A DNA stretch of 64,000 nt. Source: Nitrosopumilaceae archaeon. GTDB lineage: Archaea > Thermoproteota > Nitrososphaeria > Nitrososphaerales > Nitrosopumilaceae. A model generated the notes under the pieces. It was not told the DNA's origin. It searched no databases and saw only the letters and a list, made by a program, of their open reading frames with translations. Positions 39,446 through 51,300 of this stretch are shown here, in pieces. The DNA lies in contig CBDCCK010000002.1 in assembly GCA_965214835.1 (NCBI GenBank), positions 3,040,001 to 3,104,000 on the forward strand, given 5' to 3'. The position numbers and the translations under genes are program-made. The first letter of the stretch is position 1. Each line of letters opens with the position of its first letter.

Positions 39446-41282
39446 GTAACAGGTCGGGCTCCGGAAGCTGTTCCTGATTCCAGGCACGAATCTGTCTGAT
39501 CGGGCTCCGGAAGCTGGATTTTGGCACAATCTGCCATGTTTTTCGGGCTCCGGACTGCGGTGGCACATGAGCGGAACCGAATTCGTGTACCGCACACCAT
39601 TTACGGCAGCCACCGCTATCATTGTATTGCTATTCCATGGCAGCAGCCATGCGCATCCGGATTCAGGGCGTGCCTGCAGGGCCTGTCATGCCTTTGTTTA
39701 TGCTGCCGCCGCGCCGACTTGCGGGGCAGGCATCGGGATCTCCGTGACCCTGCCGTCAAGATAGTCCGTTACGAACGAGCAAAAGTTGACGCCGCGCAGC
39801 TCACACGTGGCGTATACTGTACACATGGTCTCAGTCATCTTCATTCCCTTCTCGGATCTGTTTCCGTACAGGATCTTCCGTATCACGGCAATCATGCGCA
39901 GTACCCTCTCGCTGCCGTTGTTGTGATACTCGACGTCATGCTCCAGGAACGTAAACAGGTCGTCGACCTCCCTTTTGAGGCGCTTTGTATATCGGATGCA
40001 GTCCGTGTCCGTGTACGCGGCCGAGGCAAGCTTGTGTATGCGGTACTTGAGGCACTGCACCTCCCCGGGCGTGGCCTTGCCCATCTCTATTGCGTCCTTT
40101 AGGATGCCGCGCAGCCTGTAAAACAGCGTGCCGTACTCGGCGCTGCCGTTTTTATCCAGCGTCAGGTACATGTCCCGAAAGTAGTGCAGGAGGCACTTTT
40201 GGTGCTTGCCGCCGATGCGGTTCCACACCGAGTACGAGTCTGATGAGACGATGCCGTCAAAGGCTGCCATCAGGGAATCTATGACGTCGCCTGAGCGGGA
40301 CGGCGCTATGTGGTAGAACACCGAGAACCGGGTCACAAGCACCCAGACCCAGTGGCCCGTCCCGTTGAGAAACCAGCCCGTCTCATCACCCCCGACGGAC
40401 TCTGAGCGCCGTATTCCCTCCAGAATGCCGTCATATACAGGCATCATCCTGGTAGTCGATACATCACACAGGTGGATCAGGGTGGACTTTGGTATGCAGG
40501 CGTCGTGAAGCGTGTGCAGTATGATCTGGATCTTTTCAAAGGATATACACATGCAGCGAAGAAACACGATTATCCCGATGATGCGCGTGCCGTAATGCTC
40601 GTCCGGCAGCACGCCGGGCACGGGGCGGCGCGCTTTTTCTTGCATGACTTGCAGTAGCGCTTGGTGACGTCCCATTCCGTCTCGGTCCACTTGCCGTCGA
40701 CCAGATCCTTGGACTTTCTTGTGTACCTTTCGCACCAGTCAGAGAGCTTGTCGCCGCATCCGGGGCAGAACTCGGCGTCTGCCGTGCACGTGCGGGTGAC
40801 TGCCTTGGTCTCTGGCTTCTTTTTTGGGGCCGCCTTTTCAGGATGCGGAAAGTCGTGGAACTTGCGCACGTTATAGCTGCGCGAGTTCGGCTCTTTGCGG
40901 GCCTCCTTTGGGACCGAGCCGTCTGCCGGCCCGGATCCGGACGCCGGTATCTGCTGGCCGAGCAGTGTCCTTAGCCGTTCGATTTCCTCTTGCTGCTGCT
41001 GGATCACTTTCTGCAGCTGTCCGATTTCCTCTTGCTGCTGCTGGTTCTCGTTTTCAACCTTCTCCACCCTTGACCTCATGTGTTCAAACAGGCGGATCAC
41101 GTCGGGAATTCTCCAGTCCACGTCCGTAATGTCAGGATCCCCAACCAATACCCGGAAGGCAGATCCTGGGATCTTTATGTGTTGTGATTCCTCCAGATCT
41201 TCCTGCTAACCCGGGGTGCTGCTCAAGGGGGCCTCCAAGGTGGCAAGATTCACGCCTGAACTTCCCGAGCCCGACCTGTTAC
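39446..41282 (-). mobile_element. IS66-family (single-ORF, ISBst12-like) element, family B; transposase frameshifted (40570-41148, 39698-40735)
   Basis: TIR GTAACAGGTCGGGCTC; 8-bp duplication TAAAAAAG; coiled coil, CPGC/CKSC, DETGW, SDSYSVW, QKCLLH and NNGSER motifs. Confidence 0.93.
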
Positions 41283-41574
41283 TAAAAAAGTCTAACGAGG
41301 CACTTGAAGTAATTATCCTTCCGGTTCCACGCATAATCATAAAAAGAATAGCATAGCAGACTGCATAAACGAAAACAATAGGCTGTGGTGTAGATTAGAA
41401 GTTATTCAACAACAAAAAGTACCCCCCCCCCCAGTGGCCCACATCACATGAGTTAAAGAATTTTTGATCATCACTGTGGATCGCTGTAACATGCAGATAC
41501 CAATTTTGTTGCGAGAAGGTTTGGTCATGACTGAAAGCCAAGTTGGACTAACCTGTACAATTGACTTTGAACAA

Positions 41575-42170
41575 ATCCCAGAATCTGCTAGGGGACTTGG
41601 GCTCCCTGAGATACACCGTCATGCACTCCTTGAACACCGGGCATCGTCGTGACGTTTTGCACCCTGGATTCCTCGACAGAGCAGTGCCCTGGCAGTTATT
41701 CACTCGTTGAACAGTATCATCGAGTAGTAAAAGTACAGGCATCCTGGTGGCCAGGTCGGCGGTCCGGGTCTTGGCCCTGCATTCTGTCTTGGCGCATCCT
41801 GTCTCGATTCCCCACCTTGACGAGTACGACTCGATCCTGATTCCGGGCAGGTTCGCTGCAAGCCCGATGGACTTTTTCTCCGGCCTGTCCTCCTTTGATG
41901 CATCCATGGGCCTGCCGTCATCCCCGGACTTTTTCCTCTCCGTTACTATCATCTAATACGTGGCTGAGCTCGTGCTGTTCCCGATGACGTTTTTGGATGC
42001 CCGGGGCCTGTCCCTGCGGCCGAACCCGTCTAGCGCTGCGACCGCGCTGCCCGTGTTCCTGCACGGCATCAGGAACCTTACCCCCTCTCCTGCAGCATGG
42101 CAATCACCACCGGCAGGGGGGACGTGACCTCGTACTCGAGGAATGTTTTTGGGAACCGGAAGGAAAAAAG
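41575..42170 (-). pseudogene. Degraded ISH3/IS4-like transposase remnant
   Basis: GLAANLP..IESYSSRWGIETG...RAKTR...R...FYYSMILFN; boundaries approximate. Confidence 0.7.
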
Positions 42171-42241
42171 CCGCGGCTTGATGCCCCGTGCGCTCAAAAA
42201 ATGAAAAGGACGTTTAATTACGTCCGCAGCTGAAACAAGGC

Positions 42242-44692
42242 GTGAGGGCCATAATCATCATGCTGATTGCAGCCGTTGCAGTGGCATCAGGCACGTCAGC
42301 TGCGCACTCTATAGGGACAAACGTGGAGTCGGTAAAGTTCATCCAGTATTTGGACGAGAATACGGCGCTAGAGGAGGTCCGCAACGGAAACCTGGACATG
42401 TACTACTTTAGGATCTCCCCAGACAGGATTGAGGACGTCCAGTCAAGGGAGGGCCTGAAGGTCTATGACTCGACGGGCGGATCCTACAGCATCCTGGTGA
42501 ATCCGGCCGAGCCCAAGGATGGATACAATCCGTTTTTTCACAGAGACGCCAGATTTGCGCTAAACTACCTGGTGGACAGGAAGCTGATCGTAAACGAGCT
42601 GATGGGCGGGTACGGCGTGCCGATGATCTCAAACTATGGCCCGTTTGATCCCGAGTACCTTACGATTCTGGGCCAGCTAGAGGAGTTTCAGTTCAGGTAC
42701 AACCCCAGGCTGGCCGAGCAGATGATCTCAGACGCGCTTGAGGCAGGCGGGGCAGAGAAGATCGGCGGCATCTGGACCTTTGAGAAAAGGCCGGTCACGG
42801 TTACCGTCTTTATCAGAAGCGACGACCCGGTAAGAAAGTCCATCGGCGAGATTCTGGCAGCAGAGCTGGAGGCCCTGGGCCTCGTGATCGTCAAGGACTA
42901 TGGGGATCTGAACAAGGCCTTTGTCGTAGTATACGGCTCAGACCCGGCAGACAACAGGTGGAACCTGTACACCGAGGGGTGGGGGGGACGCTCTGCCTTT
43001 GTCAGGTATGATCCAGTCGGCCTGGCGCAGATGTACTCCCCGTGGTTTTCAAACACGCCGGGATTCAACGATCCGGACTACTGGAACTATGAAAATGATC
43101 ACCTAGATAAAATCACGCAGAGGATCTACACAGGGGACTTTGACTCCGAGGGGCAGAGAAACGATCTGATACGGCAGGCCACGGAGGAGGCAGTCAACGA
43201 GTCAGTCAGGGTGTTTCTTGCAAGCAAGATAGACCAGTACGTGGTAAGCGAGAACGTAGACGGCGTGATCAACGACTTTGGCGCGGGAGTGCCCACAAGG
43301 TTTACCCCCATCAATGCCAAAACGGACGACGGGGAGCTTGTCATAGGGGTCAAGCAGATCTATCAGGGGGCGTGGAATCCGGTAATGGGCCTGACTGACA
43401 GCTACAGCACGCACATTTGGAACCCAATCAACGATCCCGCGCTGTTCAAGCACCCGTTTACCGGGGACACGATACCGATCAGGGCCCAATGGAGCGTGGA
43501 GACGGACGGGCCCGGGCATAAAATCGATGTCCCCGGCGACGCAATCCTGTGGAACCCGCAGACGCAGGCCTGGGAGGGCGTAAGGGACGGGCAGGCCACA
43601 AGCAAGGTAACCTTTGACTTTGAGTTTGGGAGATGGCACAACGGCCAGGCGGTGGACATCTATGACATGCTGTACATCGCATACTTTGATCTAGAGTGGG
43701 GAGAGGCCGTTGACGAGGAGGACAGGACGGTGGACTCGGAGTTCACCCCCCAGGCGGCCCAGATGGTCTCCAGCATAGTCGGGATAAGGCCCGTCGGGAG
43801 CTCGCAAATCGAGATGTATGTAGACTATTGGCATTTTGACGAGTCAGAGATTGCGCACTGGGCGGCATTATGGGGCAGCATGATGCCGTGGGAGGTCTTT
43901 GCATCCATGGAAAAGTCGGTACTGGATGGAAAGATGTCGTTTTCACGGTCTGGTGCTGCAAGCAAGAACGTAAGCTGGCTGTCGCTGATCGTCCCCAACG
44001 ACGCCCGGATCATAGGGGAGAATCTTGAAGAGTACGGCCGGGAGGGCTTTGTTCCTGCGCCCCTGAGGGGATTTGGGCTGGAGGAGGACTATTTTGACTC
44101 AAGGTACGGCGCCACTGCAGGATGGATTGAGCGGATGGATCACGCAGTAATCAGCAACGGGCCGTTTTACCTGGAATCATATGCCCCAGAGTCAAGGACG
44201 ATCACGCTTGCCGCGTTTGATGATCCGGACTATCCGTTTGGGCAAGGGCACTGGTCGGAGTTTGAAGGCGCTGACTTTCCAAGGATAACAGGCTTTGAGG
44301 TTCCAAGGATAATTCCAAAGTCAGAGAGGATCGAGCTGCACATAGAGACGGAAAACGCATCGGAGATAAGGTACTTTGTCTCAAATCAAAACGGCATAGT
44401 AGAGTCGCAGACGATACGCACAGGGTCAGGCAGGGACATCATCGAGATACCAGGCGAGGTAGTCGTGGAGGGCACAAACAGTATCAAGGTCTTTGCAGTA
44501 TCCGATGAGGTGCTGAGGCCGGATTTGTACGAGACAAGCTTCGTGGTAAGCGAGGGCGCCGTATTGATTGACGAGGGCGGCATGGGGAATGTCCCGAAAA
44601 TCAGCAGTGCGGATTATTCGTGGGCATATGCGGCAATTGCCCTTGCAGTTATTGCGCCAACAATTATTGCAGTCAGGATGAGGCTAGGTTAG
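42242..44692 (+). CDS. ABC transporter substrate-binding protein, family 5 (peptide/nickel), archaeal type with C-terminal TM anchor
   Basis: Signal peptide; NPF..RDARFALNYLVDR, WHNGQ..D..D and SNGPFYLESY motifs; C-terminal TM. Confidence 0.9.
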   Translation: MRAIIIMLIAAVAVASGTSAAHSIGTNVESVKFIQYLDENTALEEVRNGNLDMYYFRISPDRIEDVQSREGLKVYDSTGGSYSILVNPAEPKDGYNPFFHRDARFALNYLVDRKLIVNELMGGYGVPMISNYGPFDPEYLTILGQLEEFQFRYNPRLAEQMISDALEAGGAEKIGGIWTFEKRPVTVTVFIRSDDPVRKSIGEILAAELEALGLVIVKDYGDLNKAFVVVYGSDPADNRWNLYTEGWGGRSAFVRYDPVGLAQMYSPWFSNTPGFNDPDYWNYENDHLDKITQRIYTGDFDSEGQRNDLIRQATEEAVNESVRVFLASKIDQYVVSENVDGVINDFGAGVPTRFTPINAKTDDGELVIGVKQIYQGAWNPVMGLTDSYSTHIWNPINDPALFKHPFTGDTIPIRAQWSVETDGPGHKIDVPGDAILWNPQTQAWEGVRDGQATSKVTFDFEFGRWHNGQAVDIYDMLYIAYFDLEWGEAVDEEDRTVDSEFTPQAAQMVSSIVGIRPVGSSQIEMYVDYWHFDESEIAHWAALWGSMMPWEVFASMEKSVLDGKMSFSRSGAASKNVSWLSLIVPNDARIIGENLEEYGREGFVPAPLRGFGLEEDYFDSRYGATAGWIERMDHAVISNGPFYLESYAPESRTITLAAFDDPDYPFGQGHWSEFEGADFPRITGFEVPRIIPKSERIELHIETENASEIRYFVSNQNGIVESQTIRTGSGRDIIEIPGEVVVEGTNSIKVFAVSDEVLRPDLYETSFVVSEGAVLIDEGGMGNVPKISSADYSWAYAAIALAVIAPTIIAVRMRLG

Positions 44693-45169
44693 ACGATAAT
44701 CGGAGGCTATCTGCTCTATGTCACCCTCCAGCCTTGCCTTGGAATAGTCCTCTAGCAGGTTTTGGTTCAGGGTATAAAACGTATGGCCCCACCTGAACTT
44801 GTCAAGCAGCCTTAGCGACTCGTCCCTCAGCCCCATGACAAACAGCGCGCCGGATACGGCCTCAACGGTAGTCAGCTTGCCTATCTTGGAGTAGTTTACG
44901 GGGTTTCCGGCAAGCATCGGGGGCAGCCTTCGTCGGATCCCTGCGAGTTTTTTGGAAAAGACGCCATCGGCCAGGCTCCAGGAGCAGTCGACGGCGGTGA
45001 TGGAGGCGGATCTGTCAGAGGGAAGCAGGTATCGCGTCGCAAACGGATCCAGGACTATGGTGCTGGCGGAGGTTTTTTTGATGTTTCGCGCAAGGCCGAG
45101 CCTTACCAGCCTTACGGCAGTGCACTTGTCAGGATCGTCCTGCCTGAGCATCAATACCTGGACTCTCAA
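44684..45169 (-). CDS. tsr3: rRNA aminocarboxypropyltransferase (DUF367)
   Basis: QDDPDKCT, VDCSW, RRLPPMLAGNPVNY, LTTVEA and FRWGHTF..LN motifs. Confidence 0.93.
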   Translation of the reverse strand: MRVQVLMLRQDDPDKCTAVRLVRLGLARNIKKTSASTIVLDPFATRYLLPSDRSASITAVDCSWSLADGVFSKKLAGIRRRLPPMLAGNPVNYSKIGKLTTVEAVSGALFVMGLRDESLRLLDKFRWGHTFYTLNQNLLEDYSKARLEGDIEQIASDYRLT

Positions 45170-45321
45170 CGGATGACATCAGGGATGCGGTGGTATTAAT
45201 TATTCAGTAGCCGAGTCTACGCCCCGCACCGGTACCGCCGCGCCAGCCCGCAGTGGCTTTGGTGATCCGTAAGATCGCTGTGCGCCATCCGGCCCTGCAT
45301 CGGGTGCGGCCAGGCCAGTGC

Positions 45322-48300
45322 CTAGTCGGACTCGGTATAGATGGGCCCAAACGACAGCCCCCTCATGATCTCCTGCATCCTCTTTTGCTCTGCAAGTATG
45401 GCCTCCTCCAGGCGGTCAAGGCGCGCGTCCCCTCCGTCCAGATCCTCTGGCAGATCGTATGCAAGTACGGGTTCAAGCTCCGACATCAGCTGCGCGGCGT
45501 CAAAGACCAGCACGGCCCTGTCCTGCTCGGCCTGTACGAGCGCTGCAAAGTTGGAGTTCATCCTGGTCATCACGCCCCACGTCCCGTCCTGGTGGCGCTC
45601 AAACGGCTCTGGCACCAGCCTCGACCAAGTGCCGTACGAGTTCCGGGTCCACTCGCCGCCCCACTGGTCCTCCCACGTGTCGCTCAGCTTGTCGGTGCGC
45701 TGCAGCGATATGGCTACGGCATCATACTGGTTTCCCTTCTTGGATATCCCGGCAGTCTCCCTGGGTGCCGGGTTCAGCGAGTCGCCTTGCACCAGCAGGC
45801 CGTCGTTCATGTAGTTCTGCGCGCTCCAGCGCTGTACGTCCATCACATATATGACAAAGGGCTCGTGGTACATCTGCTCCCTGAAGAGCAGTCCGTCGAC
45901 TGAGAGCTCCACGCACTTGGTTGGGTCATCAGGTGACATGCAGCCGACAAGCGCCACGTCCAGCGTGGCCTCGCCCAGGATGTCGTTTGGATCCGTGTAG
46001 GTTGCATCCCGTATCTTGTAGGTCGAGTTTGTGGCATAGTCGCGCTCGAGATCGACGGTCAGTACTGCCTCGGACTGGCCTATGGACGAGCCCACCTCCG
46101 GCACCCCGAAGCCCATCTGGAACTGCTGTACCCCTGTTACAGAGTGTGCCTTTAGCGTAAAGTCGTGTGTCGAATTGGTCTGTATTGATTCGCGCCTGTA
46201 ATCTACGTGGTAATCAAGCACGTCGCGGCATGTGCCGTCCATGGAGTACCCACAGCTTACCATCTGGCTGCCCGTCTGCGGCGATACGCCAAAGGTCGGC
46301 GCCGTCTGCCACTCGTCGTCATTGCCGCCGCCCGACGGTCGTTTGAATTCACCATCAATCCAGGTGCCCACGAGTGTCCAGCCCGATCTATCCATGCCCC
46401 ATACGGCATATGTGAGCCAGTCCAGATCTCCTGCCTCATTCAGATGTATGTTGCCCAAGGCCCCATCGTGCTGGGATGCGGCCTCCGCGATGGTGTCCTT
46501 TATTGCCGCAAACTCGGCGTCACTTCCGGCCCGTTCCAGGGCCAGACCGAGAATCCAGATGGAATCATACATGCCGTACGTGTATGCCGTAGGCGTGGTG
46601 CCAAACTCGGCCTCGATCAGCCTTGTCAGCTTCCTGTGTGGGTCGCTGCCAGAGTCCTCTGCAAAGATGGGCGCCACGAAGTTGGCATCCCTCAGGAACT
46701 CGAATACTCTAGGATCGCCTACCAGTGCATCGTCGAGGACCGAGACGTCCGAGCCCACCCACTGCACCGTACGCAGTACCGGATGGTCTGCAGCCTTGCT
46801 TACGAACCTAGACATCTCATCTTGTCCTATGAACAAGACGGCCACCCGGTCTGCCCCCACATCCCCTACATGGTCTGAGACGGTGTCGGCAAGCCGTCCG
46901 GCCAAAGTCTCAAAGACGGCATCCAGATCGGCGGCGTTCGGATCGTAGCTGCCCACGGTATCGTCAACGGCGCCTCCAAGCTCTTCAAAATTGTCTGCAA
47001 CCGAGTCCTTGAGTCCGATTCCCCAGATGTCGTCCCGCCATACCATCACTGTGACGTTCCTTCCGTACTCGTTCTTGAGCAGGTCGGCAATCACGGGCCC
47101 GTACTGCAGGCTGTCAGGGGCCAGGCGGAACATGTTGTCGCCTGCAATTGCAAGCGAGGGCGCCGTCGAGCAGCAGCTGAAAAATATCATGTCGTTGGAA
47201 TCCACATATGGTACTATGGACTCTAGGTCTGGGCCCCGGATGGATCCGGAGACAAGACTGACGTCGTCTGCCTTAAACGACTGGATCGCAGCCTGCACGC
47301 CGTATTCCTCCGTGTCCTTAATGTCGACGGCGATGCGCCAGGTGGCCTCGTTCCGCGTGAGATAGGCGTTAAAGTCAGATACGGCAGTCTCTACTGCAAG
47401 GATGTATTGCGAGGCCAGCTGGTCGCCCGTGGCCTCTGCCAAGACTTGCATGTTGTTTGCAACTGCCGCAAGGGCCTGTTGCTGGCCCAGCTGGTCACCT
47501 GCGTCCTCGCCAGAGTGTATGATGGTGCCGATCTTTACTACGTCCAGGGCTACCAGCACCGTCCTAGTGGCCGTGGCCGTGTTGCCCGCATCGTCGGTGG
47601 TAGTATAGGTTACCGTGTAGGTGCCGGGCCTGTCGGTGTCTATTGCCGCAGCATCGTCAGACACGGATCCCACATAGCCCGGATCGTTGTCAGTCGAGGT
47701 GGCACCTTCGTCTTTATACACCGAACCCAGATCTATGGACACTGGATCATCGCCGGATACGGTGATGACCGGCGGCGTGGTGTCGCGCACCGTGACGATT
47801 CTCGTGGCCATGCCGTCGTTGCCGTCCCCGTCGGTGGCCGTATAGGTTACCGTATAGGTGCCGGCCTTGGTCACGTCTACTTCAGAGTCCGTGATGACTG
47901 GCAGGCCTCCCTCGGCAGTGGCGCCCAGCTCGACATAGTTGTCTCCCAGCTCGACGAACACGGTCGCGTCCCCGTTGAGTGTTACCGCCGGCCCGCTGGT
48001 ATCCTGTACCACGACTGTGCGCGTGACAGGATCCGGCGTGTTGTTTGCGTCATCTGTCGGAGCCGTATACGATACCAAGTAGGTGCCGATAGAGCTTGTG
48101 TCCACGGTATCGCCGCCTACTGTGGCCACCGTGGTTGTATATGCAGGATCGTTGTCGGATACGGTGGCGCCCGGCTCCGTGTACGCGTCGCCGATCTCGA
48201 CGGTCACAACCGCGCCTCCGTTGAGTGATATGACAGGCGCCGTGGTGTCCTGGACCGTGACGGTGCGGGTGACCGGACTGGGCAGATTGCCGTCCCCGTC

Positions 48301-51300
48301 TGGCGGCGCCGTATACGATACCGTGTAGGTGCCCGCGGTGTTTGTGTCAACGGTGTCGCCTCCGACTGTGACCGTGCCTGCATAGCCGGGCTCGCTGTCG
48401 GCCACCTCGGCGCCCAGCTCAGTGTACGTGCCGCCCAGCTCGACGGTCACAGTCGCGTTCCCATAGAGTGTTATTACGGGTGCAGTCGAGTCCCGGACAA
48501 AGACAAACCTGGTGACCGTGTCAGGTGCGTTACCCGCATCGTCTGCCGGTGCCGTATATGTCACCTGATAGTCGCCTGACACTTGCGTGTTGACCGTTCC
48601 CGACTCGGTCACAATGCCGTTATAGTTGGGATCGTTGTCAGATACAGTGGCGCCCTGCTCGGCGTAGGTGCCGCCGAACTCGACGGTCACAGACGCGTCC
48701 CCGTTGAGTGTTATGACGGGTGCCGTGGTGTCCTGGACGGTGACGGTGCGGGTGACCGGATCCGGTGCTTTGCCGGCGTCATCTGCCGGCGCCGTATACG
48801 ATACCGTGTAGGTGCCCGCAGAGTCCGCATCCACGGTGTCGCCTCCTACTGTGACCGTGCCGGTATAATCGGGATCGTTGTCAGATACAGTGGCGCCCGG
48901 ATCCGTGTATGTATCACCGAGCTCGTGAACCAGCGGGTCGTCGCCCGTGGCGCCGATGACAGGCTTTGTGGTGTCGCGCACCTGAACCGTCCTAGTGTTC
49001 TTGCCCTCGTTGCCGTCCCCGTCGGTGGCAGTATAGGTTACGGTATAGTCGCCGTGCTCGTTGACGTCGACGGCCGAGGAGTCCGTGATAACTGCCGAGC
49101 CGTCGTCAGAAGTGGCGCCCGGATCCGTGTACGGGTTGCCGAGCTCGTGGGCCAGCGGGTTGTCGCCGGATACCGTGATGGTGGGCGCCGCCGTATCCTG
49201 GACTATGACGGTACGGGTGACCGGATCCGGCGTGTTGCCGGCGTCGTCTGCCGGCGCCGTGTACGATACCACGTAGGTGCCCGTGGAGTTTGTGTCCACG
49301 GTGGCGCCTCCGACTGTGGCCGTCGTGGTTGTATAGTCGTCATCGTTGTCAGATACGGTGGCACCCAGCTCGGCGTATGCGCCGCCCAGCTCGACTGTCA
49401 CGGACGCGCTCCCGCTGAGTGTTATGACGGGTGCCGTGGTGTCGCGCACCTGAACCATCCGGATGGCCGTGCCCGTGTTGTTACCCGCGTCGGTGGCCGT
49501 GTATGTAACCGCATAGTCACCGTGCTCGTTGACGTCTACTGCCGAGAAGTCTGTGATAACTGCCGAGCCGTCGTCAGAAGTGGCGCCCGGATCCGTGTAC
49601 GGGTTGCCGAGCTCGTGGGCCAGCGGGTTGTCGCCGGATACCGTGATGGTGGGCGCCGCCGTATCCTGGACTATGACGGTACGGGTGACCGGATCCGGCG
49701 TGTTGCCGGCGTCGTCTGCCGGCGCCGTGTACGATACCACGTAGGTGCCCGTGGAGTTTGTGTCCACGGTGGCGCCTCCGACTGTGGCCGTCGTGGTTGT
49801 ATATGCAGGATCATTGTCAGATACGGTGGCGCCCCTCTCCGTGTAGCTGCCGTCGATCACCAGGGTCAGTGACGGCGGACCGGTCACCACAATAACGGGT
49901 GCCGTGGTGTCGCGCACCTGCACCGTCCTAGTGGCCGTGCCCGTGTTGGCGTTATCGTCGGTGGCCGCGTATGACACAAAGTAGTCGCCGGACTTTGTCA
50001 CGTTGACGTTCGAGCCAGTGGTGTGGACTACCGAGCCGTCGTCAGAAGTGGCGCCCTGGTCGGTGTACGGGTCGCCGAGCTCGTGGACCAGCGGACTGCC
50101 ACCGGTTATCGTGATTACGGGCGGTGTCACGTCCGGTGCCTCCACCGCCGTTATATGGAACGTCTCCGAGTCGGCGCCTCCGCGGGTGTCATTTACCGTT
50201 ATTGTAACCTCGTGTGTCTGCCCGGCGTCTGCCTGAACCGGCGTCCAGTCGAGGCGGCCGTCAGACGTGCTGAACGTGGCAGCTGCCGGCAGCGTGCCGC
50301 GCGATATCGAATACGTATGCGTGTCAGTCGGATCCGCGTCAGTCACGTCAGGAGTTATTATAAGCTGGATGCCCACCGTGGCAGTCTGGTTGTCTATTGC
50401 GCCCAGGACCGGGGCGTTGTTGTCGCGCGTGATTGTCACAGTTATCGTGCCCTGTGCTGTGTCGGCCCCGGAGGTGACAGTATAATCAAACGTGTCGGTG
50501 CCATTATAGTCCGGGGACGGCGTGTACGTGATGTCCGTGTCGCTGAAGGTGGCAGATCCTTCTACAGGAGTGCCGACATCCGTTATCCTGGGCGTGTCGC
50601 CCGGATCCGGGTCGGATATGGCCGGCGTGATGACTATGGCCGTGTCCTCCGTGGTCGTGGCATCTGTGTCCGGTGCAACCGGCGGAGCCGGCTCCGGCCT
50701 TCCGGCGGTCTCTAGGGTCTCAGAGACGCTGCGTATACTGTTGCCGGACAGATCCGAGAAGGCACCCTCGTCGACGTCAATCGACGGACTGGCCATGGCA
50801 TCGACCTGGTGTGCCTGTTCCCTGGTAAGCGTAAGCGTCACTGCATCGGAGTCCATCCCCGTGTGGTCGGCACCTGCCAGGCTCACCCGGTTCGAGCCCT
50901 CGACTATGGACAGCTTTGACAGATCCGTCTCGGATGCGTCTATCGTCTTGTCAAACGTGGCGCTGAAGACCCTCGTGTTGAAGTCCAGCGTGGCCGACTC
51001 GAGGACGGGTCTTGACGTGTCTGCATGCTCGAGCTTGACTATCTGGATGCCGTCCTCCGTCCATGAGGCCACTGCGGCGTACGTGGTGCCGTCTATTACG
51101 AAGGTGTCCACGTCGTAGGTGTCAGCAAGCAGTCGGTTGCCGTTGTCGCGCATCTCCACGACAGGAATCAGGTTGCGCGGGTCGCTGACGTCGACCACCT
51201 GCAGGCCGTCCTCTCCTGCGGTGACTGCCACGTACGTGTATATGCCTATCTCAAAGGCCGCCACGCCGTGCGGCCTGTTGAGAATCAGGCCGTTGCCGTC

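Larger units (their letters stand above)
38169..41356 (+). pseudogene. Putative RelE/YafQ-like toxin gene (82 aa when repaired) disrupted by IS630 and IS66
   Basis: Removing both IS and one copy of each target duplication restores an open frame: MAISKKLISFSKDFKKQY...KAKL|VLRIKK|SNEALEVIILPVPRIIIKRIA. Confidence 0.45.
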
